Assembly (NCBI GenBank): GCA_008632985.1
Contig: QPGO01000030.1
Location: forward strand, 495,135-559,134
Origin: Psammoneis japonica
Lineage: Eukaryota
Length of the DNA stretch: 64,000 bases
Reading direction: 5' to 3'
Positions 62,256 to 64,000 of this stretch are shown piece after piece (within the stretch, counting starts at the first letter, position 1; every line of letters begins with the position of its first letter). The position numbers and the translations under genes are program-made. Below the pieces are notes generated by a model that was given only the letters and a program-made list of their open reading frames with translations, ran no database searches and had not been told where the DNA came from.

Positions 62256-63353
62256 TTACAGTTTAGACGAAAGATATGACTGTGGTTTGAACGGGCGAGG
62301 GGCTTTGCTTTCAAGATGATGAGGGTCCTTTCTCTCAAGGAGAATAACAGCACGGCCTCGATCAAGAACAATTTCGTCACTTAGCAGGATGGATACAGTA
62401 AAAAGTAATTCAACTTTCGACAACCCCCGTTGTCTAGGCGTTCCCTCCCAGACTCGTATTCGTAATGCGTCGCCAACAAAGACAGGCTTCGTGAAGTTCC
62501 CAGAAAGATGGTGAATGAAACACTCCTCTGGAATATCAACATACTGAATGATGGCACGTGTAGCGATTCCCATGGTGCAAAGACCATGAAGTATCGGTCG
62601 CGACCCATCGCCTAAGAGCTTCGTCGCTGCTGATGGATCCACGTGAATAGAATTTGAATCACCGCTTGCGATTCGGTACAGAAGAGCCTGGGAAGGAGTT
62701 GTAGTGTATGTCCACTCAAAGTCAGGTTGACCGTCCGTCACATCAACATGTATTTGGTTTCGTTGATACCTGTCTGATTTCATCGCTTGGAAAGGAATAA
62801 CATCATCAGGTGAAACACCCATAACAAGTGCTGTTGACTTCATTGTGCATAATCGGGTTTGAGCTTCACTAACAACTTCAGTCTCCGTTGTGACAAAGGT
62901 TCCTAGCTTCTTAGGCAACACGGAACAAAAATGCGAACGCAGTATCGTCGAAACCGGGAGTTCGATCATCTTGCCATCACTGCTTGTGCGCGCCGTTGGC
63001 AGTGGTCTATGCCACGTAATGGACTGATGCACATGGATAACAGGGAGGTTGCTCGACAATTCACCTTTTAGAAGACTCTTCGGAATGACACCCATTTTGC
63101 GCATTAAAACTGGTGGAAAAGGCTTGATTCGATCAGACGCGCCTTTCTCTTCATCGGCCCAAAACGAGAGCGCGAGACAGAATGTAGGAACAGCTTCGAA
63201 CGAGGGATGGCGTTCATACAAGAAGCAAAGCTCATGATGCTTATCAGGATCGGAACCAAAACCAACTGCCAATGCATAAAGTATCAAGTCCTTTGTTGTG
63301 TAGGTTGCCTTCAACTCGACCGAACGTCTCAAATCTGAATCGACCGCGTCCAT
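62256..63353 (-). CDS. Peroxisomal enoyl-CoA hydratase 2 (MaoC-like hot-dog fold)
   Basis: YTTKDLILYALAVG; hydratase-2 motif YRIASGDSNSIHVDP...PILHGLCTMG; C-terminal SKL (PTS1). Confidence 0.9.
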   Translation of the reverse strand: MDAVDSDLRRSVELKATYTTKDLILYALAVGFGSDPDKHHELCFLYERHPSFEAVPTFCLALSFWADEEKGASDRIKPFPPVLMRKMGVIPKSLLKGELSSNLPVIHVHQSITWHRPLPTARTSSDGKMIELPVSTILRSHFCSVLPKKLGTFVTTETEVVSEAQTRLCTMKSTALVMGVSPDDVIPFQAMKSDRYQRNQIHVDVTDGQPDFEWTYTTTPSQALLYRIASGDSNSIHVDPSAATKLLGDGSRPILHGLCTMGIATRAIIQYVDIPEECFIHHLSGNFTKPVFVGDALRIRVWEGTPRQRGLSKVELLFTVSILLSDEIVLDRGRAVILLERKDPHHLESKAPRPFKPQSYLSSKL

Positions 63354-63610
63354 CACTAACTATCTCAAGAACGCGCTTCTCTCTCTTCTTTGCTTGTCTG
63401 TACGAGAAACGAGAATCGCGATATGACAAAATGACAAACCTTGTTAATCTTGCTGCGATACCTTAGTGGCTCACCTATCCACAATCTCATGTCACAGCGA
63501 ACGAGGCACTAACGACAACTTCCCTCCACCCTAACAAGAAATAACAGCAAGGAGGCGGGATGATCCCTGGACAACACACAACACAACACTCCCCTCCCCC
63601 CAGCTCAGGG

Positions 63611-64000
63611 ATGCTTCTCGCAAAAGCGATCAACGCCTTAAGTGGAGTCTTGAACCACGACTACCCCAGAAAATACCAGGTTTACCCCAGAAAGCTGCTC
63701 TTACTCTTTGAAGCTCTCATTCTTGCTCCTGTCCCGCCACGCTCCAAGTTTGGCCCTACCATTGCCTCCCGCTTGTCCCTCTTCCGCCGTGGCTGCATTC
63801 GCCAACTCTACCACGAAGCCTGCTCCCATGCGCCGCGCCTCTCCTCATCTTCCCCCGACTTTTCTGCTTCCGCCTGTTGCTGCTCCGCTCAAGTCTGCGC
63901 CGACGAAGATGACTTTCACTCGGCCTGCTCCAAGCTCACCTCTGCGCTTCCTGTTGCTGCCGTTACTCCTGAGCGCCTTCCTGCCATCCTCAAGCTCTAC
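63611..64000 (+). mobile_element. Probable non-LTR retrotransposon (CRE-like) ORF segment upstream of RT, running off the window
   Basis: Stop-free, C-rich frame reading ...LFEALILAP...IASRLSLFRRGCIRQLY...DDFHSACSKLTSALPVAAVTPERLPAILKLY, resembling the pre-RT helical region (G..S.A...L.S...A......L..LHP) of CRE-clade elements. Confidence 0.5.

Overview
Eukaryotic, almost certainly diatom, nuclear DNA. The evidence is a TPI-GAPDH fusion, an LHC/FCP gene, signal-peptide plastid proteins, short GT-AG introns and CoDi-type copia remnants. Two ordinary gene-dense arms (1-31.7 kb and 57.9-63.4 kb, about 17 genes) flank a ~26 kb repeat domain (~31.7-57.8 kb). That domain contains a hAT-derived element, a duplicated tRNA-linked unit of dead orphan genes, copia remnants, and an endonuclease-less Penelope-like element with hammerhead-ribozyme repeats and (GA)n tracts. 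The main discovery is that this whole domain has almost no TpA dinucleotides. Conserved Tyr codons (TAY) in its transposon proteins have become Cys (TGY) or His (CAY), and sibling copies took alternative routes at the same codon. The few surviving TpAs are mostly in TTA/TAA contexts. The effect fades at gene borders and around one intact tRNA-Leu gene inside the domain. This looks like a strand-symmetric, domain-targeted TpA->TpG/CpA (A->G) hypermutation, the reverse of fungal RIP; I know of no description of it. All counts are by eye and all protein calls are from motif recognition, not database searches.
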